DNA of 51,809 nt, from IMG/VR virus record IMGVR_UViG_3300025374_000001, positions 1 to 51,809 of that record; one strand, written 5' to 3'. Below, one piece after another: positions 27,160-36,675 of this stretch. A program made the translations under genes and the position numbers. Every line of letters begins with the position of its first letter. The stretch's first letter is position 1. The notes under the pieces are model-generated. The model had not been told where the DNA came from. It worked only from the letters and a program-made list of their open reading frames with translations, and did not search any database. The DNA comes from a virus (taxonomy: Duplodnaviria > Caudoviricetes).

Positions 27160-27257
27160 TAAAGCGCGCCGTTTTCGGGTAAAGCGCACCGTCGCTTTCT
27201 ATTTATAAATACAAATCAATATTCATATTTATAACCCCCTTTAAAAATTGTGGTTCG
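27160..27257 (+). promoter_or_regulatory. MCP promoter with tandem TAAAGCGC(G/A)CCGT repeats
   Basis: Repeats at 27160 and 27180; TTTATAA at about 27228, roughly 24 nt before the ATG. Confidence 0.6.
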
Positions 27258-27629
27258 ATGAAGTTCAGAACAGGTCTAGACAGATACAACAAGTACGCAG
27301 CTAAGTTCGACCCAGCGACAATACAGGCCAGATTCACGCAAGTAAGAGACGTAGCGCTTCAGAGAGCGCAGGAAGCGCTGATCAAGTACGCCACAATCGA
27401 CGAGCTGGTTAGACCGATCCTCGACAAGTACGGTGTCGCTGGCCCCATGCGCGGCGTGTACCTCGGTTTCGCCAAGAAGTTGACGAAACACCTAGAGAGG
27501 GTGTCTGGCGCCTCCGCTACGAAGATCGCCGACGGTCTCAAGAGTTACTACGTGACTTCGTTCGAAGCCGACCCTGACGTGGTTGACGCAATAATTGCCG
27601 TCGTTGCTGGCGCCGTTGCTGGCTACTAA
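27258..27629 (+). CDS. Major capsid protein, SIRV2/rudivirus fold
   Basis: RY.KY.AKF, YGVAGPMRGVYLGFAKKL and GLKSYYVTSFEADPDVVDAII align with SIRV2 MCP YGITGPNRAIYQGFGLKV / GLKGYYISAFNANPQVLDAVV (recalled). Confidence 0.93.
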   Translation: MKFRTGLDRYNKYAAKFDPATIQARFTQVRDVALQRAQEALIKYATIDELVRPILDKYGVAGPMRGVYLGFAKKLTKHLERVSGASATKIADGLKSYYVTSFEADPDVVDAIIAVVAGAVAGY

Positions 27630-27657
27630 TCGTCTAAATCGCGACGGTAAACCAAAC

Positions 27658-27692
27658 CCCTCTTTTTTTCTTCTCCTCTATCTTTTTTTAAT
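27658..27692 (+). terminator. Archaeal U-rich terminator after MCP
   Basis: Pyrimidine tract containing two T7 runs. Confidence 0.6.
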
Positions 27693-27710
27693 TTCTAGTT
27701 ATTCATAATC

Positions 27711-28760
27711 ATGCTTGCAATAGTCACGTCTAACCGGGCGGTTTCTCTTCAGAACGTAGCTACGCACATAGCTAAGGTTGCAAAACTAATGGGAATAGAT
27801 GTTACCGTGTATGAAAGACTGGTGAGTATAGCGGATTTGAAACGTCTTGGGCGGTTCGCAATAATAGTCCAACAAGTGGATCCAGTAGTCACTCCCAACT
27901 ATATGTTGCTTAACAGAAATTGTGTAAAGTATGGAGTACCGTGTGTGTTTTACGCAACGACCGAGGGCCTATTAGATGTAAAACACATCCACGCCTGGAT
28001 GGCCGAAGGGAGATACATAGCGGTCAGCAACTATGTCAGGGAGAAACTTGAGGAGAGCGGTATACCAGTCGAAGATGTGATACACCACGGAGTCGATATG
28101 GAGGAGGTCGAACATGCGCGTAAAAATATACACCTAGGCGAAAAATATATACTTAATGCCGGGATTGACCACTCTAAATATATAGTTGTTTCAACAATTG
28201 CGCGTTCACTGCCGCGTAAGGGGCTGTGGTGGCTTGCCAAGATCGCGAAGGAGGTCGCGAAGATGGATTCGCAGATTAAGTTTTTAGTCGTGACAGATGA
28301 CCACGGTCTGGAGCACTTCAGAGGTTTAGACAACGTAGTGGCTAAGCAGGACTTTGGTAAGTTGTACAGGGCGCTAGAGCTTGCAATAATTGGTGCGTCT
28401 CACATACACGCCGTGCCGTCGCTTGGGGAGGGTTTTGGTTTGTTGTTATTAGAAAGCATGGTACTTGGCGTGCCTGTCATACATGCAGATCTACCACCGA
28501 CGAGAGAGTTCTCAACTGGCTGGCGCGTCCCGGTGGTAGACGTCGTCAAATTCATCCAGACGCTCCCATATCGCTCCGGAGTAATATATGAGCATCACCT
28601 ATACAGAGTCGAGGAATTTGCAAAGACCATCGTTGAAGTGGCGGAAATGGTGCGGAACAATGACGAAACGGTTAAGCAGTACCGTCAGAAGGCTGTCGAG
28701 AGGGCGTCTGAGATGGACATACGCAACATGTACCCAAAGCTGATTAAGAAAGTGCTGTAG
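27711..28760 (+). CDS. Glycosyltransferase, GT-B/GT4 family
   Basis: AVSNY, IHHGVD, RKG, PSLGEGFGLLLLESMVLGVPVI; next to MCP as in rudiviruses. Confidence 0.93.
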   Translation: MLAIVTSNRAVSLQNVATHIAKVAKLMGIDVTVYERLVSIADLKRLGRFAIIVQQVDPVVTPNYMLLNRNCVKYGVPCVFYATTEGLLDVKHIHAWMAEGRYIAVSNYVREKLEESGIPVEDVIHHGVDMEEVEHARKNIHLGEKYILNAGIDHSKYIVVSTIARSLPRKGLWWLAKIAKEVAKMDSQIKFLVVTDDHGLEHFRGLDNVVAKQDFGKLYRALELAIIGASHIHAVPSLGEGFGLLLLESMVLGVPVIHADLPPTREFSTGWRVPVVDVVKFIQTLPYRSGVIYEHHLYRVEEFAKTIVEVAEMVRNNDETVKQYRQKAVERASEMDIRNMYPKLIKKVL

Positions 28761-28761
28761 T

Positions 28762-30114
28762 ATGGCCACTACAGCGTTCATCCTCAGCGAGTTTCTTAAG
28801 GAAATAGACGTGATGAAGCGCAAGTATCACGAAAGTACCATGACTGCAGATGCTGAGTGGACTAACTACCTCAGGTTCTTGAACATGTATGACATGTTCA
28901 TCCAGTGGTCGTCCTTCATCATCCCGGAGTTCGCCATCGACGTCGTTGCGATCATCACCACGTTCGGCATAAGTCCGTTTGAGTTTGACGTGTTCACTTT
29001 GGTGTTTGACGTCAAGTTGCCGTCGCTAGACGAATACCTCAAGGGCGTCAACATAGTGATCGACAAGATACCGATAGAGATAGCCCTGAGCAAGCTGGGG
29101 ATACCTCTAGATCTTCTGAATTTCCTAGATCTGAACTTCAATATAGGAATCCCCGAGATTCCTATTGAAAAAGTGCCTCAGAAGTGCGTATATGGTGAGG
29201 GCACATATGGCAACTGTTACGTAGACCCCGACACAATGCGTGAATTTATACGCAACACCATATTGGCAATCTTCAAAAAACATAGAGACATTGAATCCGC
29301 AAGGCGTGAGACCGAGAGTTTGGCTGACGCGTTGGGCATATCCCGCGATGTCATTGCCACACTGTTCAACAGGATTGTGATGTTGAGGAGCTACTACAGA
29401 AATGCCTTTACGTTGAACGTGTCTTCGCTGAACATCGCTACTTTGAGCAACGATGAGACTAAGGTGTCTGTTTACACCTTTGACGCCGAAGTTAAGGAGG
29501 TGGAGGTGAGGTATCTAACAGACGCGTTGATGGGTTGCATGCTCGACTTAAATGCACTTGATCTGTGTTACGTCATGCGTGAAGGCTCTGCATTTAAGGC
29601 TGATCTAGACCCGACGCGACAAGTACCACCGATACTAGACTCTATACAGAACATGGTTAGGGACAACGTCTCGCGGTATTTATATACGCCGATGGCTCTC
29701 GCTAACTACGCCACTGGGAGAGAGCGCGCGGACTACAGGTTCTCGCAACGCACTGAGACGTGGGCTCAACAGATGGCCTTGAGGTTTGCATTAGATGCAT
29801 ATGTGGAGTCTGTATTGCCGAAACTGTTGCCCGATACAAACAAATTCATGATAAATGTATACGCGACCGCAGTGCGCCAGCTCTTCGGTCATTTGTACAA
29901 GCGCCACAAGTGGGGCATGGACTTGTGGACGATGCTCAGCGATGAGGAGCTTAAGACGTATTGGGTAAGTTACTGGACCAGCCAAGGTCTTGACCCAGAC
30001 GTGTTGAACAAGATATACGACAAAATCAAAGACATATTACCACACCTAGCTCGTCGCAAATATGAGCTTGGAAGAAGTGTCAGGTGGAGTCGCCTGCTTA
30101 GAACCATCGATTAA
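28762..30114 (+). CDS. Rudivirus-like minor structural protein (SIRV2 ORF488-like)
   Basis: VYGEGTYGNCYVDP and YATAV..LSDEE..YW..YW..GL patterns (recalled similarity); gene context. Confidence 0.65.
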   Translation: MATTAFILSEFLKEIDVMKRKYHESTMTADAEWTNYLRFLNMYDMFIQWSSFIIPEFAIDVVAIITTFGISPFEFDVFTLVFDVKLPSLDEYLKGVNIVIDKIPIEIALSKLGIPLDLLNFLDLNFNIGIPEIPIEKVPQKCVYGEGTYGNCYVDPDTMREFIRNTILAIFKKHRDIESARRETESLADALGISRDVIATLFNRIVMLRSYYRNAFTLNVSSLNIATLSNDETKVSVYTFDAEVKEVEVRYLTDALMGCMLDLNALDLCYVMREGSAFKADLDPTRQVPPILDSIQNMVRDNVSRYLYTPMALANYATGRERADYRFSQRTETWAQQMALRFALDAYVESVLPKLLPDTNKFMINVYATAVRQLFGHLYKRHKWGMDLWTMLSDEELKTYWVSYWTSQGLDPDVLNKIYDKIKDILPHLARRKYELGRSVRWSRLLRTID

Positions 30115-30131
30115 GACTAAAGCTTATATAG

Positions 30132-30401
30132 TTGTCTCAGCTGAGGTTAAACATGACAGAGAGTGAAAACGTCCAAGCAACACAACAAGTCGCGGTTGAC
30201 AAGGTGGCTAGCGAGTTGCAGAACATCTTCCTTGACTTGCTGACGGCAGCACAAGAGTTGGCGTATGAACTCGCGACGCTGGAAAGCAAAGACACATACA
30301 GCGCTGAAGATATCCAGCCTTTTAGAAACGCCGCCAGAAACGTTGTAACACAAGTAAAGCGCATGCATAGATTCCTTAAGCAATACGGCAGGAGACAGTA
30401 A
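30132..30401 (+). CDS. Small helical hypothetical protein (probable start 30153)
   Basis: ORF in the structural cluster with a TATA-like element upstream. Confidence 0.7.
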   Translation: MSQLRLNMTESENVQATQQVAVDKVASELQNIFLDLLTAAQELAYELATLESKDTYSAEDIQPFRNAARNVVTQVKRMHRFLKQYGRRQ

Positions 30402-30441
30402 CAAAAAACAAATTTTTATTTTTCTTTTCCGAGTCTTTCTG

Positions 30442-30753
30442 ATGTCTGTTCAACCTACTGGCCCGCGTAGAATTGACATAACTGTTCTGCCTGTAGATGT
30501 GGAAATCGACGGCTGTACTGTAACAATTCTAGAGGCAAGCAAATTGAAACTGCCGTGGGACGAGTTCCAAGTGTCGTGTCAAGTCAGATGCGGGAACTTA
30601 CAAAGCCAGATTTTTCACATCACATACAAAACGCCTAAGGAGTTGGCTCAGAAACTCAAGACTGAGGTAGCTAAGCTGAAATATATGTTATGGTTGATGG
30701 GAGAAAGCGAATTGATTAGGAGGGGGATTGTGACCAGAATACAGAGCAGGTAG
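30442..30753 (+). CDS. Conserved rudivirus-like small protein
   Basis: EIDG..VTILE and EL.QKLKTEV.K.K pattern (recalled similarity). Confidence 0.7.
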   Translation: MSVQPTGPRRIDITVLPVDVEIDGCTVTILEASKLKLPWDEFQVSCQVRCGNLQSQIFHITYKTPKELAQKLKTEVAKLKYMLWLMGESELIRRGIVTRIQSR

Positions 30754-30760
30754 GAAAAAA

Positions 30761-31243
30761 CTACTTGTTTTGTTTCTCTGTGTTTTGCTTGGCAAGCGTG
30801 TTGTATAGTATATCAAGCACGGTAAGCTTAAGCGCGTTTGTCAGCTCAATCTCCACATCTCTCTGTAAGTCTGGATTGGTTTTTTCACCATCACTATTTA
30901 GCTTTGTCTGTATGTAGTCGTACACCGCGCGCTCCAGGAGTGATGTGTCTACTCCGAGTCTATCCCTTACCTGCTTAATCGCTTTCTGCAACAACTCAGC
31001 ACGTTGTGGACTGGTATCTGCCTTAATCGCACCTACGGCCATAGACAACTTCACAACATACCACACAGCCTTAGCCAAATCTGGAAACTTTGTTTCACCT
31101 GTCTTGTCCTCCAGCTTGCCTTTGTAAAACATTTCATAGAATGTCATGGCGTCCATCACAACGCGCCACTGCGCTTTGCCGTGGATCCGGCTGTAGAATT
31201 CTATACGCTCTTTAAGCTCATCAGGCACGTAGATGGAACTCAT
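30761..31243 (-). CDS. RHH-containing rudivirus core-like protein
   Basis: SIYVPDELKERI..QWRVV.DA..FY; KAVWYVVKL; QV.DRLGVD. Confidence 0.75.
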   Translation of the reverse strand: MSSIYVPDELKERIEFYSRIHGKAQWRVVMDAMTFYEMFYKGKLEDKTGETKFPDLAKAVWYVVKLSMAVGAIKADTSPQRAELLQKAIKQVRDRLGVDTSLLERAVYDYIQTKLNSDGEKTNPDLQRDVEIELTNALKLTVLDILYNTLAKQNTEKQNK

Positions 31244-31452
31244 GGTCCAAGCTTAATGCGTTGTCTTGGCTCCAATATCGGCATACATATCTTTGTCAGT
31301 TTTTTTCTGCATTTAGGGCACTTGCCAGGCAGTTGTGGTATCTTGTCAAACACGTATCCACAGTATGAACAGTAAAATTCTGCGCCATGCTCAACTAGCC
31401 ACTTAATTGTCATTTCGCTCCTAACTTCGTTACAGTCTGTTGACGACATCAT
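31240..31452 (-). CDS. Zinc-ribbon protein
   Basis: CSYC..CPKC; ATGA overlaps on both sides. Confidence 0.75.
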   Translation of the reverse strand: MMSSTDCNEVRSEMTIKWLVEHGAEFYCSYCGYVFDKIPQLPGKCPKCRKKLTKICMPILEPRQRIKLGP

Positions 31453-31703
31453 CGACGACATATTACTCTCTTGAGACGCCATTCTCCGTTTTTGTCTACG
31501 AATATGCTGATGGTGCACCTGGCGTTTCGGCTGTATATATTCAGTATTATTGTGTTGTTTATTCGGCGGATAACCATGTCGTAATCAGCAGATGGGTCAA
31601 ATACGTATTCAACTTCTGTATTGTTGTACTGGACAGTTATGCCGTCTTTAAGTCTTTCCAAGAACTGAAGCGCCCTCACCCTAAGGGAGTTTGTGTTTGT
31701 CAT
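31449..31703 (-). CDS. Hypothetical protein
   Basis: Part of a tightly packed minus-strand operon. Confidence 0.7.
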   Translation of the reverse strand: MTNTNSLRVRALQFLERLKDGITVQYNNTEVEYVFDPSADYDMVIRRINNTIILNIYSRNARCTISIFVDKNGEWRLKRVICRR

Positions 31704-31706
31704 GAC

Positions 31707-31859
31707 CTACTCCCAATCAATTCTGGACATGATCTCTGTGACTTGTTCATAGAAGTCAATGAACGTCGCGTAGTCTTCATGTATTGCGAGTTTCCACTCT
31801 CCATATTCTTCAAACGTCCACCGCAGTTCATCATATGTGTTAAGGACATTCTGCGACAT
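31707..31859 (-). CDS. Small acidic hypothetical protein (MSQNVL...)
   Basis: Operon packing; GGAG SD upstream. Confidence 0.55.
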   Translation of the reverse strand: MSQNVLNTYDELRWTFEEYGEWKLAIHEDYATFIDFYEQVTEIMSRIDWE

Positions 31860-32061
31860 GGCTCTCCACGTCTGTCTTTTCCTGTTTGACGAATTCAAGC
31901 AGTTCAGATACGCTAAAGAATACATAAGCTTCGCTGTCGTCAAAGTCGATCAATATGTACTTGACGTGACCGTTGCACGGCACTTCAAGCACCCGTAGAT
32001 TTGGAACCATCCGTCTCCTCGCGGTCGCAACACATTTAACGCTAATCTCGTAGTCCAGCAT
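31840..32061 (-). CDS. Hypothetical protein
   Basis: Operon packing. Confidence 0.65.
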   Translation of the reverse strand: MLDYEISVKCVATARRRMVPNLRVLEVPCNGHVKYILIDFDDSEAYVFFSVSELLEFVKQEKTDVESHVAECP

Positions 32062-32064
32062 AGC

Positions 32065-32517
32065 CTACCTTGCGCTATCAACGTCTTGTGGCGTTACGCC
32101 TTCTGGCAGACATACTAGATATTCCACTTCGTAGCCTTCTATACCGCGAAACATGCCACGTCTCTGTATCTCTTCGCCGTTCTCTTTCTCAATTGCTATA
32201 ATGGCGCATTTGGGGATGTTGCACGTGGTCATCTTCCCGTCAAGCGCCACAATGGCAAGCAAACCGAGCCCCCCAACCCTATAGGTGCCGTTGCATTCTT
32301 TTTTGTTCGGCTCTACAAACCTTGTTTTCTTCCCCTTGAAACTGAGTACTGTACCTTCATCCATCTCGCCTACGTCAAGCTCATATTGAGCGTAGATCTT
32401 GCGCACGCCGACCAGATGTGCTGGCACCGCCATGGCCTTCCCGTCCTTCAGTCTAATTGTAATGTCTGTAACCAGCGGTGGCGTCTCTTTAAACGTCTTA
32501 ACTACGTAGAGACTCAT
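32065..32517 (-). CDS. Hypothetical protein
   Basis: Operon packing with 3-nt gaps. Confidence 0.75.
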   Translation of the reverse strand: MSLYVVKTFKETPPLVTDITIRLKDGKAMAVPAHLVGVRKIYAQYELDVGEMDEGTVLSFKGKKTRFVEPNKKECNGTYRVGGLGLLAIVALDGKMTTCNIPKCAIIAIEKENGEEIQRRGMFRGIEGYEVEYLVCLPEGVTPQDVDSAR

Positions 32518-32520
32518 AGC

Positions 32521-32811
32521 CTATTCGCCTGCTACTTCAATTCCTTGTATTTTGTCGGCGTGTGGGTATACTTCTTTCGCGTCTGCAGCTACCAGGTCGT
32601 AATATGCGTAGTTGTTGTATGCGCTTACGAGGACAGCCTCAGCCGTCTTCGTCGTTCCGTCGTTGAACAGTATGTTCACCTTGACCCGCCTAGGTGGCGG
32701 CATTTTAATGCCGTCAACCTTGAATCTTACTATTATTTTTTTACTACAGATCTGTCTTTCGTACACATTTAGGAGTGTTGTCTTTTGGGTTATTTGTTCC
32801 ATGTATACCAA
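32521..32811 (-). CDS. Hypothetical protein
   Basis: TTTAAATA box upstream; operon packing. Confidence 0.7.
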   Translation of the reverse strand: MVYMEQITQKTTLLNVYERQICSKKIIVRFKVDGIKMPPPRRVKVNILFNDGTTKTAEAVLVSAYNNYAYYDLVAADAKEVYPHADKIQGIEVAGE

Positions 32812-32825
32812 GAAATTGCTTGTAT

Positions 32826-33083
32826 TTAAACTTTTTGCTCCACTACAAGGCGACAGTCGTCGTGCTCAAACAAAATCGGCACATATTTGTCGTACACGCG
32901 GAAACGCACCATTGAGCTAGTCATCATGTTGAACCGCGCCCGAATTTCGCGCTCCCCGCACAGCAACGTTATGAATTCAGGAATTGAGTTGTTAAACCGC
33001 TTTCTTATATAGTCGGTGGGGAAGTAGATGTATACACCGTTTCGCGTCTTGGTGACTTTTACCTCCACCATACGATCTTCCAC
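32826..33083 (-). CDS. AbrB-like (swapped-hairpin) protein
   Basis: VKVTKTRNGVYIYFPTDY pattern. Confidence 0.55.
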   Translation of the reverse strand: MEDRMVEVKVTKTRNGVYIYFPTDYIRKRFNNSIPEFITLLCGEREIRARFNMMTSSMVRFRVYDKYVPILFEHDDCRLVVEQKV

Positions 33084-34723
33084 TCCGGCTCAGTTTTATA
33101 TATTTCGAGCCTTTGCTGGAAGTGATCGTCAAAAAACGGCACGTCTTCGTCGTAGATGTCATAAACAACCGCGATTGACTTGTCAGGTGCTGGTCTGACG
33201 AACCTGCCGACGCGCTGTCTAATCCGCGTACGCGACTTGCCCGACAACAGGAATATCCCAGTTTTGAGCTCCGGTATGTCCAAGCCCTCATCGGCAAGCT
33301 GTGTCGCAATTATGCCGTCAAGACGGCCGTTGCGTACGAATCTGTACACTTCTTGTCTAGTCTCCCCCTTAACGGTCCCGGTGACCACCTCTACGTTTAG
33401 ACCAGCGACCTTCATCATCTTACCTACCAACTTGGCATGTTCCACGAGTTGAGTAATGAGGAGAAACGGCTTGTCTGCCATCTGTGCTAGTTGTACCGCC
33501 AGTTTATTCCTCTCTTCACATTCAGCGAGAGCCTTACGTATACATGCATATTCGCCTGCGCCAGACGTCCCACGACATTTTTCTTTGAAGTTGCACTTGG
33601 GAGCCGTAACTACACGTATTTCCACCGGCACGGCGAACCCCCAGCGTATCAAGTCGGATGATTTGACTGCTGGAGGAACGACGTCGCCGAAGGCGGCGAA
33701 TATCTTGAGGTCGTGGCCGTCCTCTCTTTCAGGCGTGGCGGTTGCGCCGATGCGCAGAGCCGCGCCATAGCCTATCCTCTGGGCTAGTTTCCACACGGTT
33801 TCGGCGGGGGCGTGGTGCGCCTCGTCGAGGAAGAACGCCACGTCGCTACGGTCAAGCAGTTCCCAGACCATCTCGTTGACGTGTGGCGTCTCGTCGGCGT
33901 AGTACTTGTAGTACTGTTTCTCTTCGCTGTCGTGAACTGTCTCCTCAATGCGTCTCTTAAACAGTCGAGAATAAAGCGTCTGAATCGTGACGCCGTGTAT
34001 GCGTCTAAGCAGATCTGTATCTTTGGCGTAGATCTTGGCGAAGTCAAGCATCTGATACACAAGGTCAAGTTGAAGAGCCGACATGACTACGGTATAGCCG
34101 TTCTTGGCTAGTTCGGCGGCAAGTTTTCCCATTATCCTGCTTTTTCCCGCGCCCGTAGCTGCCTGCCATAGAGCAACGCCGACGTCCTCAAGTCTTTTCC
34201 ACGCGTTCTTAATCATCTCTACCTGGTAGTGTCTGAGGTCCTCGAAGTCGTTAATCGGTTTAAGCGTCTCCACGTACTTCGGATATTTGTTGGTCAGACG
34301 CTGGACCAAGCCGCGAGGCACCGCCCAGTCTCCCCGGTCAGTTTTTTTCCCCAGACAAATTGTTTCTTCTACCTGCGCCACCGGACTCCAGCCCTCTTCT
34401 ATGCAACGCTTTATACACGTCTGTGTCTGGCAATAGCTTTCGCATGATACGGGTCTCCAAGTCTTTACTTTGTAACATGTATGTCTTTGAACTATGTCGT
34501 CTGGCATGGATACATACGCGTAGAATTTGTGCCACTTCACCTCCACGCAATCCACCGGTAGCGAAAGCGCCTTGGCCGCCCAACAGGGCACGCTTGATGT
34601 ATACCAAGTCCTGTTGTTTGGATCGAATATAGCGAATTTTTTAAGCGTGTCAACTACGTCACGACTCCACGGGAATTTGAATTGCCTGTCCCTAACGAGG
34701 AGCCGGATTGCCATATGTTTCAA
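33059..34723 (-). CDS. Superfamily 2 helicase (XPB/Rad25/ResIII-like)
   Basis: LRHYQ, AATGAGKS, DEAHH, GATATP, DEGLDIP, QRVGR. Confidence 0.95.
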   Translation of the reverse strand: MKHMAIRLLVRDRQFKFPWSRDVVDTLKKFAIFDPNNRTWYTSSVPCWAAKALSLPVDCVEVKWHKFYAYVSMPDDIVQRHTCYKVKTWRPVSCESYCQTQTCIKRCIEEGWSPVAQVEETICLGKKTDRGDWAVPRGLVQRLTNKYPKYVETLKPINDFEDLRHYQVEMIKNAWKRLEDVGVALWQAATGAGKSRIMGKLAAELAKNGYTVVMSALQLDLVYQMLDFAKIYAKDTDLLRRIHGVTIQTLYSRLFKRRIEETVHDSEEKQYYKYYADETPHVNEMVWELLDRSDVAFFLDEAHHAPAETVWKLAQRIGYGAALRIGATATPEREDGHDLKIFAAFGDVVPPAVKSSDLIRWGFAVPVEIRVVTAPKCNFKEKCRGTSGAGEYACIRKALAECEERNKLAVQLAQMADKPFLLITQLVEHAKLVGKMMKVAGLNVEVVTGTVKGETRQEVYRFVRNGRLDGIIATQLADEGLDIPELKTGIFLLSGKSRTRIRQRVGRFVRPAPDKSIAVVYDIYDEDVPFFDDHFQQRLEIYKTEPEWKIVWWR

Positions 34724-35051
34724 GTATTTTTGTTACAGTTAATTTTGGACTTCCGGTTGTCTGCCACACAATTTCGGCCAACTCTTTCAGCTGGTGACAC
34801 AGATCCTTGTCTGTTTTGCAGAGATATATGGTGACGTAGCGGTAACGTGTGATGTTGGTTTGTTCAAGCAACAGTATTATGTCTGCGTCGGTATATATGT
34901 ACTGTCCATGCGTCCCGCCATGTGACTCAGTTTTTTCCGCAGGTTTTACATATTCTACGTAACTCGATACGCGTCTGAACCCGAGTGGTATCGTGAGACC
35001 TCCCATATACGTTGTCCTCCAGGTCACCTTTAGGGGGGTTTTGGTGTTCAT
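34692..35051 (-). CDS. Hypothetical protein
   Basis: Strong BRE-TATA (GAAAAAAATTTTTAAA), leaderless ATG; S.GGTHG.Y motif. Confidence 0.8.
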   Translation of the reverse strand: MNTKTPLKVTWRTTYMGGLTIPLGFRRVSSYVEYVKPAEKTESHGGTHGQYIYTDADIILLLEQTNITRYRYVTIYLCKTDKDLCHQLKELAEIVWQTTGSPKLTVTKILETYGNPAPR

Positions 35052-35091
35052 GGATGAATAGGAAAAAACTGGTTTAAAAATTTTTTTCTGG

Positions 35092-35586
35092 TTAAAACTT
35101 GCGTAACAGCTCGTCCAGCAAGCTCTGAGGTTTTCTCTTATTCATCTCCATGGGACTTGCGATGTGTTTTACGATGACAAACCAGTATATGAGGTCGTCA
35201 GCGCTTACCGCCACGTCTGGTGTTGCATTTGGGCCAACGTTGCGTGAACCATGCTTAAGCGTTGCTACAATTAAGACGTCGCCTGGCGCATATTTGTAGA
35301 CCATGCCAGTGGGTTGTTCAGGAAACTCAGGGAACACCATGCGAAGCACGTCGAGCGTCGGCTTGTGTCTGATGTAATGGACCCATGTGACGTTTCTCAA
35401 ATCAATCATGACCTCAAGCGTGTATTTGTTGAAAATGTTTCGCAACTCGTCAAGCGACTCCGTAGGTATAACACGTAGAACATACTGCCCACTGGGCGTA
35501 AACATTGACGGCGAAATCGCGTTTAAACCGACTACGCGCAACCGAGGTTGTATGGGGGTCCCGATTACGGTTTGTGTCACCGTCAT
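35092..35586 (-). CDS. DUF1874/AcrIII-1-like protein (divergent)
   Basis: LNAISPSM, HYIRHKPT, PGDVLIVATL align with the family pattern NAFSxxM, SIGHxST, GDxxxVxxL. Confidence 0.6.
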   Translation of the reverse strand: MTVTQTVIGTPIQPRLRVVGLNAISPSMFTPSGQYVLRVIPTESLDELRNIFNKYTLEVMIDLRNVTWVHYIRHKPTLDVLRMVFPEFPEQPTGMVYKYAPGDVLIVATLKHGSRNVGPNATPDVAVSADDLIYWFVIVKHIASPMEMNKRKPQSLLDELLRKF

Positions 35587-36032
35587 ATCACCTCATTGCC
35601 AGCCCACACCTCCTTTATAACATTATAGACATCTTCAACTGCATTTCCACACACCACTGGCGGCAATTTATTGCATTTCTCTGCGCCTGCATTACAGAAC
35701 ACTCTCTTTGCTCCCCGTGTAGATACCACATACAAGACGTTAAATGGCTCTGTGTAGGCAACATATCGATACGGTGGTATCTGGACATAATATGGTGCTT
35801 TTTCCACGACTATCAAGCGGTTACCGTTTATCTTCAACGGTAGATCCACTATGTGGGCATCCATACACAATCGCAATGCAGGCGTGTACATGTCGTTGAG
35901 ATACAGTCTACCGTATACGACATCACATCCCACATACTTGAATACAGCCGACGACTCGAACCGTATTTTTATTTCGTCTTTACCAGACATGGTGATAAGG
36001 AAAGTATGAATATTTAAGCTTTTAGTCACCAC
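35583..36032 (-). CDS. Hypothetical protein (probable start MSGKDE)
   Basis: ATGA-coupled to the downstream gene. Confidence 0.7.
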   Translation of the reverse strand: MVTKSLNIHTFLITMSGKDEIKIRFESSAVFKYVGCDVVYGRLYLNDMYTPALRLCMDAHIVDLPLKINGNRLIVVEKAPYYVQIPPYRYVAYTEPFNVLYVVSTRGAKRVFCNAGAEKCNKLPPVVCGNAVEDVYNVIKEVWAGNEVI

Positions 36033-36640
36033 TGTTTCTTAATCTTGTTCAGCGTCTCAACGGGGCCGACGAGCAAGACTTCACATCTAATTTTTTGTGA
36101 TGTCTTGTCACACTGAGCCCAATACACAATTCCGAGTCTCTTGAGGAATTCCGTCACGACTTTTGTCTTGTCTATGACTAGCTTGTCGAGACGTTCCACA
36201 ACTGACTCGCGGTTGTAGTTGTAATCCGGATCCTCATCGTATCTCGCCTCAAGCTTGAGACGTCTAGGAGTGCCGACCATTTCCATGTAACTGAGCCACA
36301 TTATAGCATCTGCAATGAACTCAAAGTCGTCATAATTGGTGTCGGGGTAGACGCAGACAACATAATCGCCGAAGGACCTGTGGTAAAACCACCTCATTGC
36401 GGGGGAAAGCCCCGCCCTGGAGAGCAACGCAAACACGGCAAGGCCAACTTTTTTCGCCAGAGCCTTGTTGCGGTTGTTTATAAAGCGACTGTTGCGGTGC
36501 CTGCGCCTGGGTATCTTGTCTGTGTGTATCTCCACCGCCCGTGTGCACGACTCATCTGTCGTTATGTATACATTGTCAGCGAGCACAATCGTCGCTATAG
36601 ACCTCAAGATGGTGCCATATGGAATAAGCATATTGACCAT
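36026..36640 (-). CDS. Hypothetical protein
   Basis: 204-aa ORF downstream of the primase-helicase; basic internal patch. Confidence 0.75.
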   Translation of the reverse strand: MVNMLIPYGTILRSIATIVLADNVYITTDESCTRAVEIHTDKIPRRRHRNSRFINNRNKALAKKVGLAVFALLSRAGLSPAMRWFYHRSFGDYVVCVYPDTNYDDFEFIADAIMWLSYMEMVGTPRRLKLEARYDEDPDYNYNRESVVERLDKLVIDKTKVVTEFLKRLGIVYWAQCDKTSQKIRCEVLLVGPVETLNKIKKQW

Positions 36641-36675
36641 GACGTACTAAATCAATAAATTTTTAACAACTACGC

